Below are positions 28,741 through 38,342 of a DNA stretch of 64,000 bases, in pieces. The stretch is from positions 186,001 to 250,000 of the forward strand of contig CAZBBK010000001.1 of NCBI GenBank assembly GCA_964490075.1. The letters run 5' to 3'. The first letter of the stretch is position 1. The number at the start of each line of letters is the position of its first letter. A program made the translations under genes and the position numbers. Under the pieces are notes generated by a model that was given only the letters and a program-made list of their open reading frames with translations, ran no database searches and had not been told where the DNA came from. Source of the DNA: an uncultured Gemmatimonadota bacterium (GTDB taxonomy: Bacteria > GCA-2686955).

Positions 28741-30902
28741 ACGCCATGCCGACCGGGGCTCAGGTCGATTGGGGCGCGGTCCTGCGATTCCCCTGGCTGG
28801 TGCCCCTGGCCGTGGTGCTGGTGGCGTGGCGGGCCGGAAAGCTCCTGGAGGACTGGGCCCCCGAGCGCCAGCGTTCGCTCCCGCCCCCAGCACGGTCTCC
28901 CGGCTGGGCGCGGCTCGGCCTGCTCGGCGCATTGCTCAGCGCCCTCGGCCTGCGCCTCTACCGGATCGGCGCCGAGCCGATGGACCTCTTAGAGTACACC
29001 TACTTCTTCATGTCCGCCGGGGGGCGCGGCATCGCCGACCTGCTCTTCGCCGAGATCTCGCTGCAACAGGCACACCAACCCCTGCAGCACCTGATCCTGG
29101 CGCTCTTGGACCGCCTCTCCTCGGCCAACGAGGCGTGGATGCGCCTCCCGAGCGCGCTGCTCGGCACGGCGGCGATCGCAGTGGTTTGGACCTGGCTGCG
29201 CGAGCTCTTCAAGGGCCGCGAGCGGCTGGCGCTCGGCGCCGCCTGGCTGGTGGCGCTGCACCCGATCGAGCTCTGGTACGGCCGCGACATGACCCCCTAC
29301 GGCCTCTTCGCGCTGCTCGCCGCCGGCTCCTACCTCTGCCTCTGGCGCGGCCTGGAGCGCGGCACCCACTGGCGCCCTTTCGTGGTGCTCTCGGTGCTGG
29401 GTTTCTACCTGCACTACTACGAGATCTGGGTGCTCTTCTCGCAAATCTTGCTGGTCGCCGGCTACGTGCTGCTCTCCGAAGAGCGGCCGCGCCCCTGGCG
29501 CGCCGGCGCCCAGGCGATGCGCGCCATGACCTTCGCCGCGCTCTGCGTGGTGCCCTGGCTGCCCTTCTTCTTCCGCGCGCTGACCCTCGGCTACGCCTCG
29601 CTGAACGTCACCGGGGCCGCCTTCTCGGCCGACCTCACCCTGCTGCAGGCCCTGCCGGAGGGCTATCGCCAGATCATCGGCCTGCCTCCCGAGCTCTGGG
29701 GTCCCGCGCCAGGGGTCCTGGCGGCGGCCCTCCAGACCCTGGGAGCCGCGCTCCTCCTGCGCCGCGAGCGCGCCGCGGCGATCGCCATCCTGGCCCCGAT
29801 CGCCGGCGGAATCGTCACCGAGCTGATCTTCTACTGGAAGCTGCACAGCCTGACCGAGGGCTACTACCTGCAGATCCGCCACTACATCTACCTGATCCCC
29901 TCGAGCATCGTGCTGCTGCTGGCCGGCGGCGAACGCCTCTGCCGACTCTTGCGCCCGCTCTCGCCGCGCCTGGCCAGCGCCGCGCTCCCCCTCGCGGCAC
30001 TGGGACTGCTGACGATCCAGGTGGAGTACGGCTGGCGCTTCGTCGCGGGCGGCCAGCGCGGCGACCTGCGCACCATGGTGCGGGAGATCCGCGCCCGGGC
30101 CGAGGACGGCGACGCGATCGCGGTGCTGCCCGCCTCGTTCTACAGCCACCTCTTCGGCTACTACTTCTTCGAGGACGAGGAGGACCAGGGCGACCTCTTC
30201 GGCTCCGCGGGGTGGCACACCATCCACGCCGGGAGCGGCCCGCCGGCGACGATCTTCGTGCCTCTGACCCAGTTCCAGCTGCCCTTCCGCTTCGGCGTGG
30301 AGAACCTCTTCTTCGAGCGCCTGTGGATCGTGCACTTCCAGGAGGAGGTGCTCGATCTGCGCAAGTTCTCCGACGCCCCCCACAGCGAGCTGCTCGCCCG
30401 GTTGAGCGCTCAGGGGCAGCCGCTCGCGAGCATCGAAGGGAACCGGATTCGCGCCGACCTGGTGCGGCTCGAGCACCGGCGCAAGCCGACCTGGCACGAC
30501 GACCGGCTGCTGCTCGACATGGGTCTGATGGAGACCGAGCACGCCTGGATGCTGCGCCGCACCCGCGACGCCGGCGGAGGGCACCGGCTCGATCTCAGGA
30601 TCCCCTTGGAGCGCGGCGGCGGCGAGCTCGAGCTGCGCTATCGGATCCGCTGGGAGAGCCGGCACTTCCTCCCCCCGCGACGCATCGGAATCGAGGTGGC
30701 CGCCGGGGGGCGGCGCATCGAGCGCTTCACCTTCCAGGAGCCGGACGGGGTGCGGAGAATCGCGATCGGCGACGAGCACCAATCCCCACGCCGCCTCGAT
30801 CTGAGCCTTCGCAGCGACCGCCCGCTCTGGTTCAAGCAGCCCCCGCACACCCTCGACGAGGGCTTCTGTATCGACTGGCTGGTGCTGGAGCGATCGCCAT
30901 GA
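28737..30902 (+). CDS. GT39/PMT-like (GT-C) membrane glycosyltransferase
   Basis: ATG 28737 (ATGA overlap); LRLYRIG, HQPL, RLPSALLG, LHPIELWY, PYGL, FYLHYY, PWLP. Confidence 0.8.
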   Translation: MNAMPTGAQVDWGAVLRFPWLVPLAVVLVAWRAGKLLEDWAPERQRSLPPPARSPGWARLGLLGALLSALGLRLYRIGAEPMDLLEYTYFFMSAGGRGIADLLFAEISLQQAHQPLQHLILALLDRLSSANEAWMRLPSALLGTAAIAVVWTWLRELFKGRERLALGAAWLVALHPIELWYGRDMTPYGLFALLAAGSYLCLWRGLERGTHWRPFVVLSVLGFYLHYYEIWVLFSQILLVAGYVLLSEERPRPWRAGAQAMRAMTFAALCVVPWLPFFFRALTLGYASLNVTGAAFSADLTLLQALPEGYRQIIGLPPELWGPAPGVLAAALQTLGAALLLRRERAAAIAILAPIAGGIVTELIFYWKLHSLTEGYYLQIRHYIYLIPSSIVLLLAGGERLCRLLRPLSPRLASAALPLAALGLLTIQVEYGWRFVAGGQRGDLRTMVREIRARAEDGDAIAVLPASFYSHLFGYYFFEDEEDQGDLFGSAGWHTIHAGSGPPATIFVPLTQFQLPFRFGVENLFFERLWIVHFQEEVLDLRKFSDAPHSELLARLSAQGQPLASIEGNRIRADLVRLEHRRKPTWHDDRLLLDMGLMETEHAWMLRRTRDAGGGHRLDLRIPLERGGGELELRYRIRWESRHFLPPRRIGIEVAAGGRRIERFTFQEPDGVRRIAIGDEHQSPRRLDLSLRSDRPLWFKQPPHTLDEGFCIDWLVLERSP

Positions 30903-31429
30903 GGCCCGCCCGATCGCGCATCCTGCGCGAAGGCCTGCTGCTGGGAGCGCTCTGCGTCGTGGCCGCCCTGAGCGGCGCCGCGCATTGGACACGCAGCGTG
31001 CGCCCCGAGCGCCCGCGTCTCGCCTCGGTGCGCGCGCGGCGGATCAACCCGCTCGACGTCGAGCCCGCGGTGAATCGCGCTCTGCGGCGCCACACCCCCG
31101 GTGCCTTCGTGGTCGAGACCCACCTGGTAGAGCCGCCGCGCGGCGGCACCTACTATTCCTTCCTGATGTCGGACCGGGAGCGTCGTTGGGCGCTGCGGGT
31201 GTCGAGGCAGGGCGAGCTGCTGGGCAAGCTCTGGGAGCTGCGGCCGCTTTCGATCGCCGAGATCCCACGGCGCGGCCGGCCGCCGGCGCCGGAGCCGGGC
31301 ACACCGCCCCTCCAGGCCTGGCGCGCCGCGGCCGGCGACTCGGTGATCTACCGAATGGCCGGTTTCTCGCCGGCCGACGTGCTGCTTGAGTGGGAGTGGC
31401 CGACGGTGGTGGAGGCGCCGCGGCGTTGA
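30899..31429 (+). CDS. Hypothetical exported protein
   Basis: ATGA-coupled start, N-terminal hydrophobic segment, 176 aa. Confidence 0.55.
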   Translation: MRPARSRILREGLLLGALCVVAALSGAAHWTRSVRPERPRLASVRARRINPLDVEPAVNRALRRHTPGAFVVETHLVEPPRGGTYYSFLMSDRERRWALRVSRQGELLGKLWELRPLSIAEIPRRGRPPAPEPGTPPLQAWRAAAGDSVIYRMAGFSPADVLLEWEWPTVVEAPRR

Positions 31430-31661
31430 GAGCCATCCAACGCGCTGCGTGGCTCGCGAGCGACCCCTTTCCAGCCCGACTCGATCGAGCGCAACCTGCT
31501 GCGCCGAGTGGATTTTCCGCTGATTGCGCCAGCGTGCGTTATGCTTGGCTTGCACTTGGACGGCGATGCGGCTGCGCGCCGGGAGGGGCGCGTCGGTCGC
31601 GAATCGCGTCCGTGATCGGGCCCTCGATGCGGGCGAAGAGAGGATCCAGAAGGTCTTGATC

Positions 31662-33446
31662 ATGCGGAATGCGGGGGATCGACCGGCTTTTCCAACCGTC
31701 GTCCATGCCCTTCAGCACTGGGCGCGGCATCGGCCCGATTCCCAGGCGTGCGTATTTCTGAAGGAGGGCGAGGACGAGGACGAGCGGCTCTCCTTCGGGG
31801 AGCTCGATCGAAGGTCGCGAGCGATCGGTGCGGCGCTCGGCGCGTCGATCGCGCCCGGGGAGCGGGCTCTGCTGCTCTTCTCGAGCTACCCGGAGTCGGT
31901 GGCGGCATTTCTCGGATGCCTATACGCGGGGGTGATCGCGGTTCCCTGTCCCCGACCGCGGCCGCGGCGTCTCGACCGCAGCGTGCCGGCGATCGCCGCC
32001 GACTGCGGGCCCGCGGCCCTGGTGACCAGCGAGAGGGAGCTGCGGACGCTGGGGTCGGGGCTGCGGGAAGTGCCGATCCTGGACCGGCTGCCGCGAATCG
32101 TGGTGGACGAGATCGATCGGCGCGGAGGGGCAGAGGGGCGCCCGCGGACCGATCCCGAGTCGATCGCCTATCTGCAGTACACCTCCGGCTCCACATCGCG
32201 CCCCAGGGGGGTCATGATGAGCCACGGCAACGTGGCGCGTAACCTCCACATGGCCGTGGTGGGCTTCGAGCTGCCGATCGACTCGAGCGCGCCCGTGTGC
32301 TGGATTCCGCTGCACCACGACATGGGACTGGTGGGGCACCTGCTGTGTGCGATCTACTTCGGCTGGACGGCTCATATCATGCCGCCCCTGGACTTCGTTC
32401 AGGCTCCGATCCGCTGGCTGCGAGCGCTCTCCGAGTCGCGCGCCAACTTCTCGGTCGCGCCGAGCTTCGCCTACGAGCATTGCGTGGCGCGCATCGGTTC
32501 CGAGCAGTGCGAGGGGCTCGATCTGTCGCACTGGCATCGCGCGGGAGTCGGGTCGGAGCCGATCCGGGCCCAGACGCTGCGGCGCTTCGCCGAGGCTTTC
32601 GCGCCCTACGGATTCCGGCCCGAGGCGCTCTTTCCCTGCTACGGCTTGGCGGAGGCGACGCTCTTCGTGGCGGGCGGCCCGGCGGCGGGCGCCCCACGGG
32701 TGCTGCATCTCGACCGGGAGCGGCTGCGCGGCCACCAGGCGGTGCCGATCGCCGCGGGGCAGGCCGATGCGCGGGCGGTGGTCGCCGTCGGGCGGGTGCC
32801 GGACGAGATCTGCCTTCGCGTGGTCGATCCCGAGCGGAGACGGGCCCTACCGGAGCTCGCGATCGGCGAGATCTGGATTTCCGGGCCGAGCATCGCGCGC
32901 GGCTACTGGCAGCGGCCGGAAGCAAGCGCGGAGACGTTTCAGGCGCATCTGGACGGCGACCCACGAGAACGGCGATTTCTGCGAACCGGTGATCTAGGAT
33001 TCCGGCACCAGGATCAGCTCTTCATCGTCGGCCGGATCAAGGACCTGATCATCATCCACGGACGCAACCACCACCCCGAGGACGTCGAGGAGACGGTGGG
33101 CCGCTGCCACGCCGAGCTCCGCGGGCAGCGCGGGGCGGCGTTTGTGATCGACGGCGCCAGCGGCGAGGCGCTGGTCGTCGTGCAAGAGGTGCGACCGAAG
33201 GCGTTGCGCGAGAGCGGCGCCGAGATCGCGGCGACGATTCGGGGCGCGGTGACGGAGCGCCACGAGATCCGGGTGCACGATGTGCTGCTGGTGCGGCCGG
33301 GCGCGGTGCCCAAGACCTCCAGCGGAAAAATCCGCCGCAAAGAGTGCCGCACGCGCTATCTGGACGGCCTGCTGGAGGGCCAGAGCGGGGCGCGGCCGGG
33401 ACCGCCGCCGGAACCGACCGCCACGACCACGGCAGAGAATGGATAG
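31662..33446 (+). CDS. Fatty acyl-AMP ligase (FAAL)
   Basis: YLQYTSGSTSRPRG, WIPLHHDMGL, CYGLAEATL, GEIW, LRTGDLG, GRIKD, PKTSSGK; followed by an ACP. Confidence 0.93.
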   Translation: MRNAGDRPAFPTVVHALQHWARHRPDSQACVFLKEGEDEDERLSFGELDRRSRAIGAALGASIAPGERALLLFSSYPESVAAFLGCLYAGVIAVPCPRPRPRRLDRSVPAIAADCGPAALVTSERELRTLGSGLREVPILDRLPRIVVDEIDRRGGAEGRPRTDPESIAYLQYTSGSTSRPRGVMMSHGNVARNLHMAVVGFELPIDSSAPVCWIPLHHDMGLVGHLLCAIYFGWTAHIMPPLDFVQAPIRWLRALSESRANFSVAPSFAYEHCVARIGSEQCEGLDLSHWHRAGVGSEPIRAQTLRRFAEAFAPYGFRPEALFPCYGLAEATLFVAGGPAAGAPRVLHLDRERLRGHQAVPIAAGQADARAVVAVGRVPDEICLRVVDPERRRALPELAIGEIWISGPSIARGYWQRPEASAETFQAHLDGDPRERRFLRTGDLGFRHQDQLFIVGRIKDLIIIHGRNHHPEDVEETVGRCHAELRGQRGAAFVIDGASGEALVVVQEVRPKALRESGAEIAATIRGAVTERHEIRVHDVLLVRPGAVPKTSSGKIRRKECRTRYLDGLLEGQSGARPGPPPEPTATTTAENG

Positions 33447-33690
33447 CGCTTCCTCTCGGCCCGGTGAGCAGGAGCTGAGCGACTGGATCGTCGACCAGAT
33501 CGCCGACGCGCTGCAGGTCGATCGCGCCCAGATCCCCCTGGATCAGCCCTTCAGCCGCCTGGGGCTCGATTCCACCGACGCGGTGGTGCTCAGCGGTACG
33601 CTGAGCGAATGGCTGGGACGGCGCATCCCGCCGACGGCGGCCTGGGATCATCCGACGGTTCAGGCACTGGCGCGGCATTTGGCGCAATGA
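33439..33690 (+). CDS. Acyl carrier protein
   Basis: 83 aa; LGLDS phosphopantetheine motif, WDHPT. Confidence 0.92.
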   Translation: MDSASSRPGEQELSDWIVDQIADALQVDRAQIPLDQPFSRLGLDSTDAVVLSGTLSEWLGRRIPPTAAWDHPTVQALARHLAQ

Positions 33691-34766
33691 AGGCGTCCGC
33701 GCGCGGCCCCTTCTTCTGGCTCGTACTGCTCCTGCTCGGCGCGGAATGTCTGCTGCGCTGGGCGCTGCCTTATCGCCTGGTACCGAACGCCGGCGAGGCG
33801 ATTCGCAATCCGCTCAGCTACCGCGGTTGGCCGGAGTACCTGGACACGCCCGACCAGGGGCGCCCGCTGGTGGTGCTGATCTCTCATTCGCAGGGGGTCG
33901 GAGAGGAGATCAGCGACCCCTCCACGATCTACGCCGCCAGGCTGCGGGCGCACCTGGCCGCGCGAGACATCGGCTTCGAGAACTGGTCCTGCCACGGACT
34001 GGGGTTGATCGAGCTCGACCTGCTCACCATGCGGGCGCTGAAGCGCGGCGCCGATCTGCTGCTCCTGGTGCTGGCGACGCGCCACTTCCGGCAGCCAGAC
34101 ACCGAGGAGATCGCCCCGCTCTCCGACATCTCCCTGACGGCGGGCGACCCGAGCCAGTGGCCGAGACTTCCGGGCTCGTTGACGATGCTGCGCCTCGACC
34201 TCGACGACGTCTTGGAGCGCTCTGTGTCGCTGCATAGCGCCCTGGCGCGCTCGCGCATCGCCCTCTTCGACTGGGCCGCCGAAAGCGTGCCCTTGCGCTG
34301 GCACGAAGTGTTGTTGGGGCACGAGCGCGACGGCTACGGGCCGCGCCTGGACCGCTTCGCCGCGGGCGGTGGCTCGCTCCTGGTGCCGGCGCGGGACGTG
34401 AACGACGCGGAGCGGTCGACCCGGCAGGCGCGCAGGATCGGTGTCGTTCCCGAGCCGCGCAGGCGATCGAACGAGACGCAATTCCCGGCGATCTACCGGA
34501 AGCTGGCCGCCCACCTGCAGGGCACCGATACGCGCTGGGCATGGGTCTGGTGCCCGATCGATCCGGCGCGACCTCAGGGGAGACGTCACAGCGACCCGGC
34601 GTTCATCGCGGCCGCGATCCGCGAGATCGAGCACAGCGGCCATCCGAGCCACGATCTGTCCGACGCCCTCGACAGCTCGTCGTTCACGACGCAGTTTCAT
34701 TTCACCGAAGAGGGGCATGCCGAGTTGGCCCGTCTGTTGAAGCAGATCATCGACGATGAGCTTTGA
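33687..34766 (+). CDS. SGNH-like (DltD/AlgJ/X-type) membrane-anchored partner of the MBOAT
   Basis: TM anchor, VVLISHS block-I-like motif, C-terminal QFHFTEEGH; lies between the ACP and the MBOAT. Confidence 0.6.
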   Translation: MKASARGPFFWLVLLLLGAECLLRWALPYRLVPNAGEAIRNPLSYRGWPEYLDTPDQGRPLVVLISHSQGVGEEISDPSTIYAARLRAHLAARDIGFENWSCHGLGLIELDLLTMRALKRGADLLLLVLATRHFRQPDTEEIAPLSDISLTAGDPSQWPRLPGSLTMLRLDLDDVLERSVSLHSALARSRIALFDWAAESVPLRWHEVLLGHERDGYGPRLDRFAAGGGSLLVPARDVNDAERSTRQARRIGVVPEPRRRSNETQFPAIYRKLAAHLQGTDTRWAWVWCPIDPARPQGRRHSDPAFIAAAIREIEHSGHPSHDLSDALDSSSFTTQFHFTEEGHAELARLLKQIIDDEL

Positions 34767-36174
34767 CAGCTACACATACGCCGTGTTCCTGGCGGCGGTG
34801 CTGCTGCTGCACCGGGCTCTGCCCTGGCGCGCCGGGCGGGTGATGCTGGCCGTGGCATCGTATCTGTTCTACGGCTGGGCGGTCCCCTGGTACTGCCTGT
34901 TGCTGTTCACGTCGACGCTGGTCGATTTCTTGGTGGCGCAGCGCATCGCCGCGACCCAAGACGACCGCAGCCGCAAGGGGCTGGTCGGCATCAGCCTGGC
35001 GGCCAACCTCGGCCTGCTCGGCGCGTTCAAGTACGGTCCCTTCATCCTCGCCACCTGGAGCGACACATTGGCGCTGCTCGGCGCGGCGCCGATCGATGCA
35101 CCGAGCTGGGCGCTGCCGGTGGGCATCTCGTTCTACACCTTCCAGACCATCTCGTACACCATCGACGTCTACTACGACAAGATTCCCGCGCAACGGAACT
35201 TCGTCTCTTTCGCACTCTACGTGGCGTTCTTTCCGCAGCTGGTAGCGGGCCCGATCGAGCGCGGCGCGCGGCTGATGCCGCAGCTCGAGCAGAAGCAGAA
35301 AGTGCGACGCGACGACTTGGAGCAGGGGTTCCAACGTATTCTCTGGGGCGTGGTGAAGAAGGTCGTGGTGGCCGATCGGCTGGGGATCTTCGTCGATGCC
35401 ATCTACGGCGCGCCGGAAGAGGCCAGCGCCGCCGTCCTGGTGGTCGCGACGGCTTGCTTCATGGTACAGGTCTACTACGACTTCAGCGCCTACTGCGACA
35501 TCGCGCTGGGAAGCGCGCGTTTGCTCGGGATTCGACTCAGCGAGAACTTCCTCTGGCCGATCTTCGCGCGCAACCCGGGCGAGTTCTGGGCCCGCTGGCA
35601 CGTCACCCTGGGCCAGTGGTTTCGCGACTATCTGCTGACGGCGCTAGGCGGACGCAAGCGCCGCGGGCGGGCGCGGAAGCTCTTCAACGGCGTCGCGGTT
35701 TTGACGCTGATGGGGCTCTGGCATGGCGCGGCCTGGAACTTCGTGCTCTTCGGGGTGGGCGCCGGGCTCGCCCTGGTCGCTCATCGCGGCGCTTTGATGA
35801 TCAAGGGCGGAGCGCCGGGCGAGCCGCTGCTCGGGCGCGGCCGTGGCGGGGAGACGCTGGCGATCGCGCTCAACACCCTGCACATCCTCTTTCTCATGGT
35901 GCTCTTCCGGGCCAGCAGCCCGCGCCAGATCTGGACCATCTCGACGGGCATCGCCGGCGGCCCCTGGACGATGAGCGCCGAGGCCTGGGTCTACCTCGCG
36001 ATCGCCGCGACGGCCTGGCTTTGCTCAGCGGCGCACAGCCGCCTGCAGATGCCCGAACGGCGCGACATCGAGCTCGCGGCACCGCTGCGCGCGGCTTTCT
36101 GGGCGGCGCTGATCCTGGGGGCTCTCTACGGCGCGGTCGACACGCGCGGGGCGTTCATCTACTTCCAGTTCTGA
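34756..36174 (+). CDS. MBOAT O-acyltransferase (AlgI/DltB family)
   Basis: ASYLFYGW, LPVGISFYTFQ, FFPQLVAGPIER, DFSAYCD, FWARWH, GLWHGA; C-terminal FIYFQF. Confidence 0.96.
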   Translation: MSFDSYTYAVFLAAVLLLHRALPWRAGRVMLAVASYLFYGWAVPWYCLLLFTSTLVDFLVAQRIAATQDDRSRKGLVGISLAANLGLLGAFKYGPFILATWSDTLALLGAAPIDAPSWALPVGISFYTFQTISYTIDVYYDKIPAQRNFVSFALYVAFFPQLVAGPIERGARLMPQLEQKQKVRRDDLEQGFQRILWGVVKKVVVADRLGIFVDAIYGAPEEASAAVLVVATACFMVQVYYDFSAYCDIALGSARLLGIRLSENFLWPIFARNPGEFWARWHVTLGQWFRDYLLTALGGRKRRGRARKLFNGVAVLTLMGLWHGAAWNFVLFGVGAGLALVAHRGALMIKGGAPGEPLLGRGRGGETLAIALNTLHILFLMVLFRASSPRQIWTISTGIAGGPWTMSAEAWVYLAIAATAWLCSAAHSRLQMPERRDIELAAPLRAAFWAALILGALYGAVDTRGAFIYFQF

Positions 36175-36231
36175 TCCGCCCTCGCGACATATACTGCTCG
36201 CAGCCCCCCGCGCCCCCACCCGAATCCTCCC

Positions 36232-37506
36232 ATGAACCCTACCACTACCGAGCAGACGGCTGAGCAGTACCCGCCAGCGACCGAGCTCCGCCAGTCGCCC
36301 GCGCTGGTCAAGCTCGATCTCTTCTGCCGCGGGCTGTGCGTGAGAACCACGTCGCTGCCGCCGGGCGCTCGACCGGTGCGGCGCACCCGCGCCGGGCTCG
36401 GCAGCGGTCTGGAGCTGATCCTCCCCAGCGGAATCAGCGTCAACGCTCCGACCGAGGAGCCCTTCTGCCGGGAGTCGCCCTACGGCCTGGAGATCGAGGC
36501 CGCGCCCGAGGCTCCGGGCGGGCCGGTCGCCGCGCGCTTGACCTACGGCGGCGAACCCTTGATCGGGGTCCACCTTCCGCAGCGGCCCGACTGGTACGGA
36601 CGGCGAACCAGCCGCGGCACCGTGATGTCAGAGGTCGCCACCCTGCAGGGGACCTACCTGGCGATCTACGCGTCGAAGGTCTGCGATTTCTGGCGCGAGG
36701 GCGGAGAGCGTCGCTGCCGCTTCTGCTCTGTGGGGATCAACGAAGGCGAGGTCGACGCCGCTCCCGCCGCAGACGACGTGCTCGAGACCGTGCACGCCGC
36801 CCGCGCCGAATCGGGCATCACCTACGTCGATATCAACACCGGCCACCGCGACGACGAAGGCCATTTCGACGATCTGGCGCCACTGGTGCGCAGGATCAAG
36901 CAGGAGACCGGGCTGCTGGTCGGCGTGCAGGCGCCTCCGGTGGCCGACCACGGCGCCTACCAGAGGATTCGCCGCGCCGGCACCGACCGCATCAGCTTCT
37001 GCCCCGAATTCAAGACCCCTTCGGTGATGGCCGAGATCTCACCGGGCAAGGCGGAGCGCTACGGCTGGGAGGGATACGTCGAGGCGATGCGGGTCTGCGC
37101 TCCGCTCTTCGACACCACCAACGGCGAGCTGATCGCGGGGCTGGAACCGGCCGAAGCGACCATCGAGGCGATCCGTGAGATCACCGCGCTGGGAGCGATT
37201 CCGACCGTCTGCGTCTTCCGTCCGCTGGTGGGCGCGGTGCTGGAGCATCGCCCCCCCCCCACCACCGCGTCGATGCGGCCGGTCTTTCGAGCCCTCTACG
37301 AGGCCTGCATGGAGCGCCACCTGCCGATCGGCGTGGCGCCGGGGATCGAGGTCAGCCTGGTGGTGCTGCCGAACGAAGCGCGCGCCTTCTCGACTCGCTC
37401 CTTCGCCCTCGCCGAGGCCCGACTCTCGGTTCTGGGGGCGCTGGCCCGCGCTCGCTTCGCCTGGCATGTGGCCCGCGCCCGACGCCGCGCCGAGGCGTGC
37501 GAATGA
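36232..37506 (+). CDS. Radical SAM protein with a non-canonical CX10CX2C motif (MSMEG_0568-like)
   Basis: CDFWREGGERRCRFC, INTG, SPGK, ELIAGLE, VCVFRPL; N-terminal RTRAGLGSG. Confidence 0.75.
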   Translation: MNPTTTEQTAEQYPPATELRQSPALVKLDLFCRGLCVRTTSLPPGARPVRRTRAGLGSGLELILPSGISVNAPTEEPFCRESPYGLEIEAAPEAPGGPVAARLTYGGEPLIGVHLPQRPDWYGRRTSRGTVMSEVATLQGTYLAIYASKVCDFWREGGERRCRFCSVGINEGEVDAAPAADDVLETVHAARAESGITYVDINTGHRDDEGHFDDLAPLVRRIKQETGLLVGVQAPPVADHGAYQRIRRAGTDRISFCPEFKTPSVMAEISPGKAERYGWEGYVEAMRVCAPLFDTTNGELIAGLEPAEATIEAIREITALGAIPTVCVFRPLVGAVLEHRPPPTTASMRPVFRALYEACMERHLPIGVAPGIEVSLVVLPNEARAFSTRSFALAEARLSVLGALARARFAWHVARARRRAEACE

Positions 37507-38342
37507 AGGCGGTGCTGCCCTTCGCCCTGGCCGGGCTGCTGCTGCTCTTCTTCCACTCGGCCCGCTCCTGGGGCTGGCGCCGCGCGGCGATCTTTTACCT
37601 GCTCTCGCTGGTCTCGATGACCTTCAAGGAGCACTACGGGATGGGCGACGGGGAGTACCAGGTGCTGGTCGGCCGCTACCAGATCTTCGGCGTGGCGCCG
37701 GGCATTCCGATCGGCTGGACTTTCGCCTACGCCCTGTCGTGGCACCTGGCCGAGTCGATCGTCACGCGAGTTCGGGGGCGCGGCGACCTGATCCTTCCGA
37801 CGGTCTCGCTGGCGGTGGTCGGAGTGTTCTTCGTCGCCTGGGCGATGGAGGTGACGGGGATTCAGATGGGGTGGTGGGAGTGGAAGATCGGCCGCCATGT
37901 TTCGGCTCCCCTGCGCGACGCGCTGCGCCGCGTGGGCGGCTGGGGTTGGCACGGGCTCAAGTTCTTCTTCGTGATCGGCATGCTGGAATGCCGCCAGGTG
38001 CGCCGGGGTGTGCCGCGGGTGCTGACGGCGCTGGCCCCGATCTGGCTGCTCTTCCGCTTCGAGCAATGGCTGATGCCCGATCGCGGCTGGATTCTCACCT
38101 CCATGGCTTTGCTCCTGCCCTTCCTGGCCTTCGCCGAGTGGCCGAAGCTGGTTCGCGCCCCGAAACAGGGGATCCCCTGGGCGCCGCAGATCGCCTCCGG
38201 GATCTTCGTGGCAGTGCTGCTCTGGTTCCACCTGGCCGCGCTGCATCGACCCGCGCTCTCCCTCTCGCTCTTGCCGATCGCGGCCATGGCGCTGGCCGCC
38301 GCCGGGGCCGAGAGGCGACCGGGGGACGACGCGGCATGCTGA
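37503..38342 (+). CDS. CruF/DUF422-like (carotenoid-biosynthesis family) membrane protein
   Basis: H....GWRRA, E....G.Y, FGVAPGIPIGW, GWWEW pattern; multi-TM. Confidence 0.65.
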   Translation: MKAVLPFALAGLLLLFFHSARSWGWRRAAIFYLLSLVSMTFKEHYGMGDGEYQVLVGRYQIFGVAPGIPIGWTFAYALSWHLAESIVTRVRGRGDLILPTVSLAVVGVFFVAWAMEVTGIQMGWWEWKIGRHVSAPLRDALRRVGGWGWHGLKFFFVIGMLECRQVRRGVPRVLTALAPIWLLFRFEQWLMPDRGWILTSMALLLPFLAFAEWPKLVRAPKQGIPWAPQIASGIFVAVLLWFHLAALHRPALSLSLLPIAAMALAAAGAERRPGDDAAC

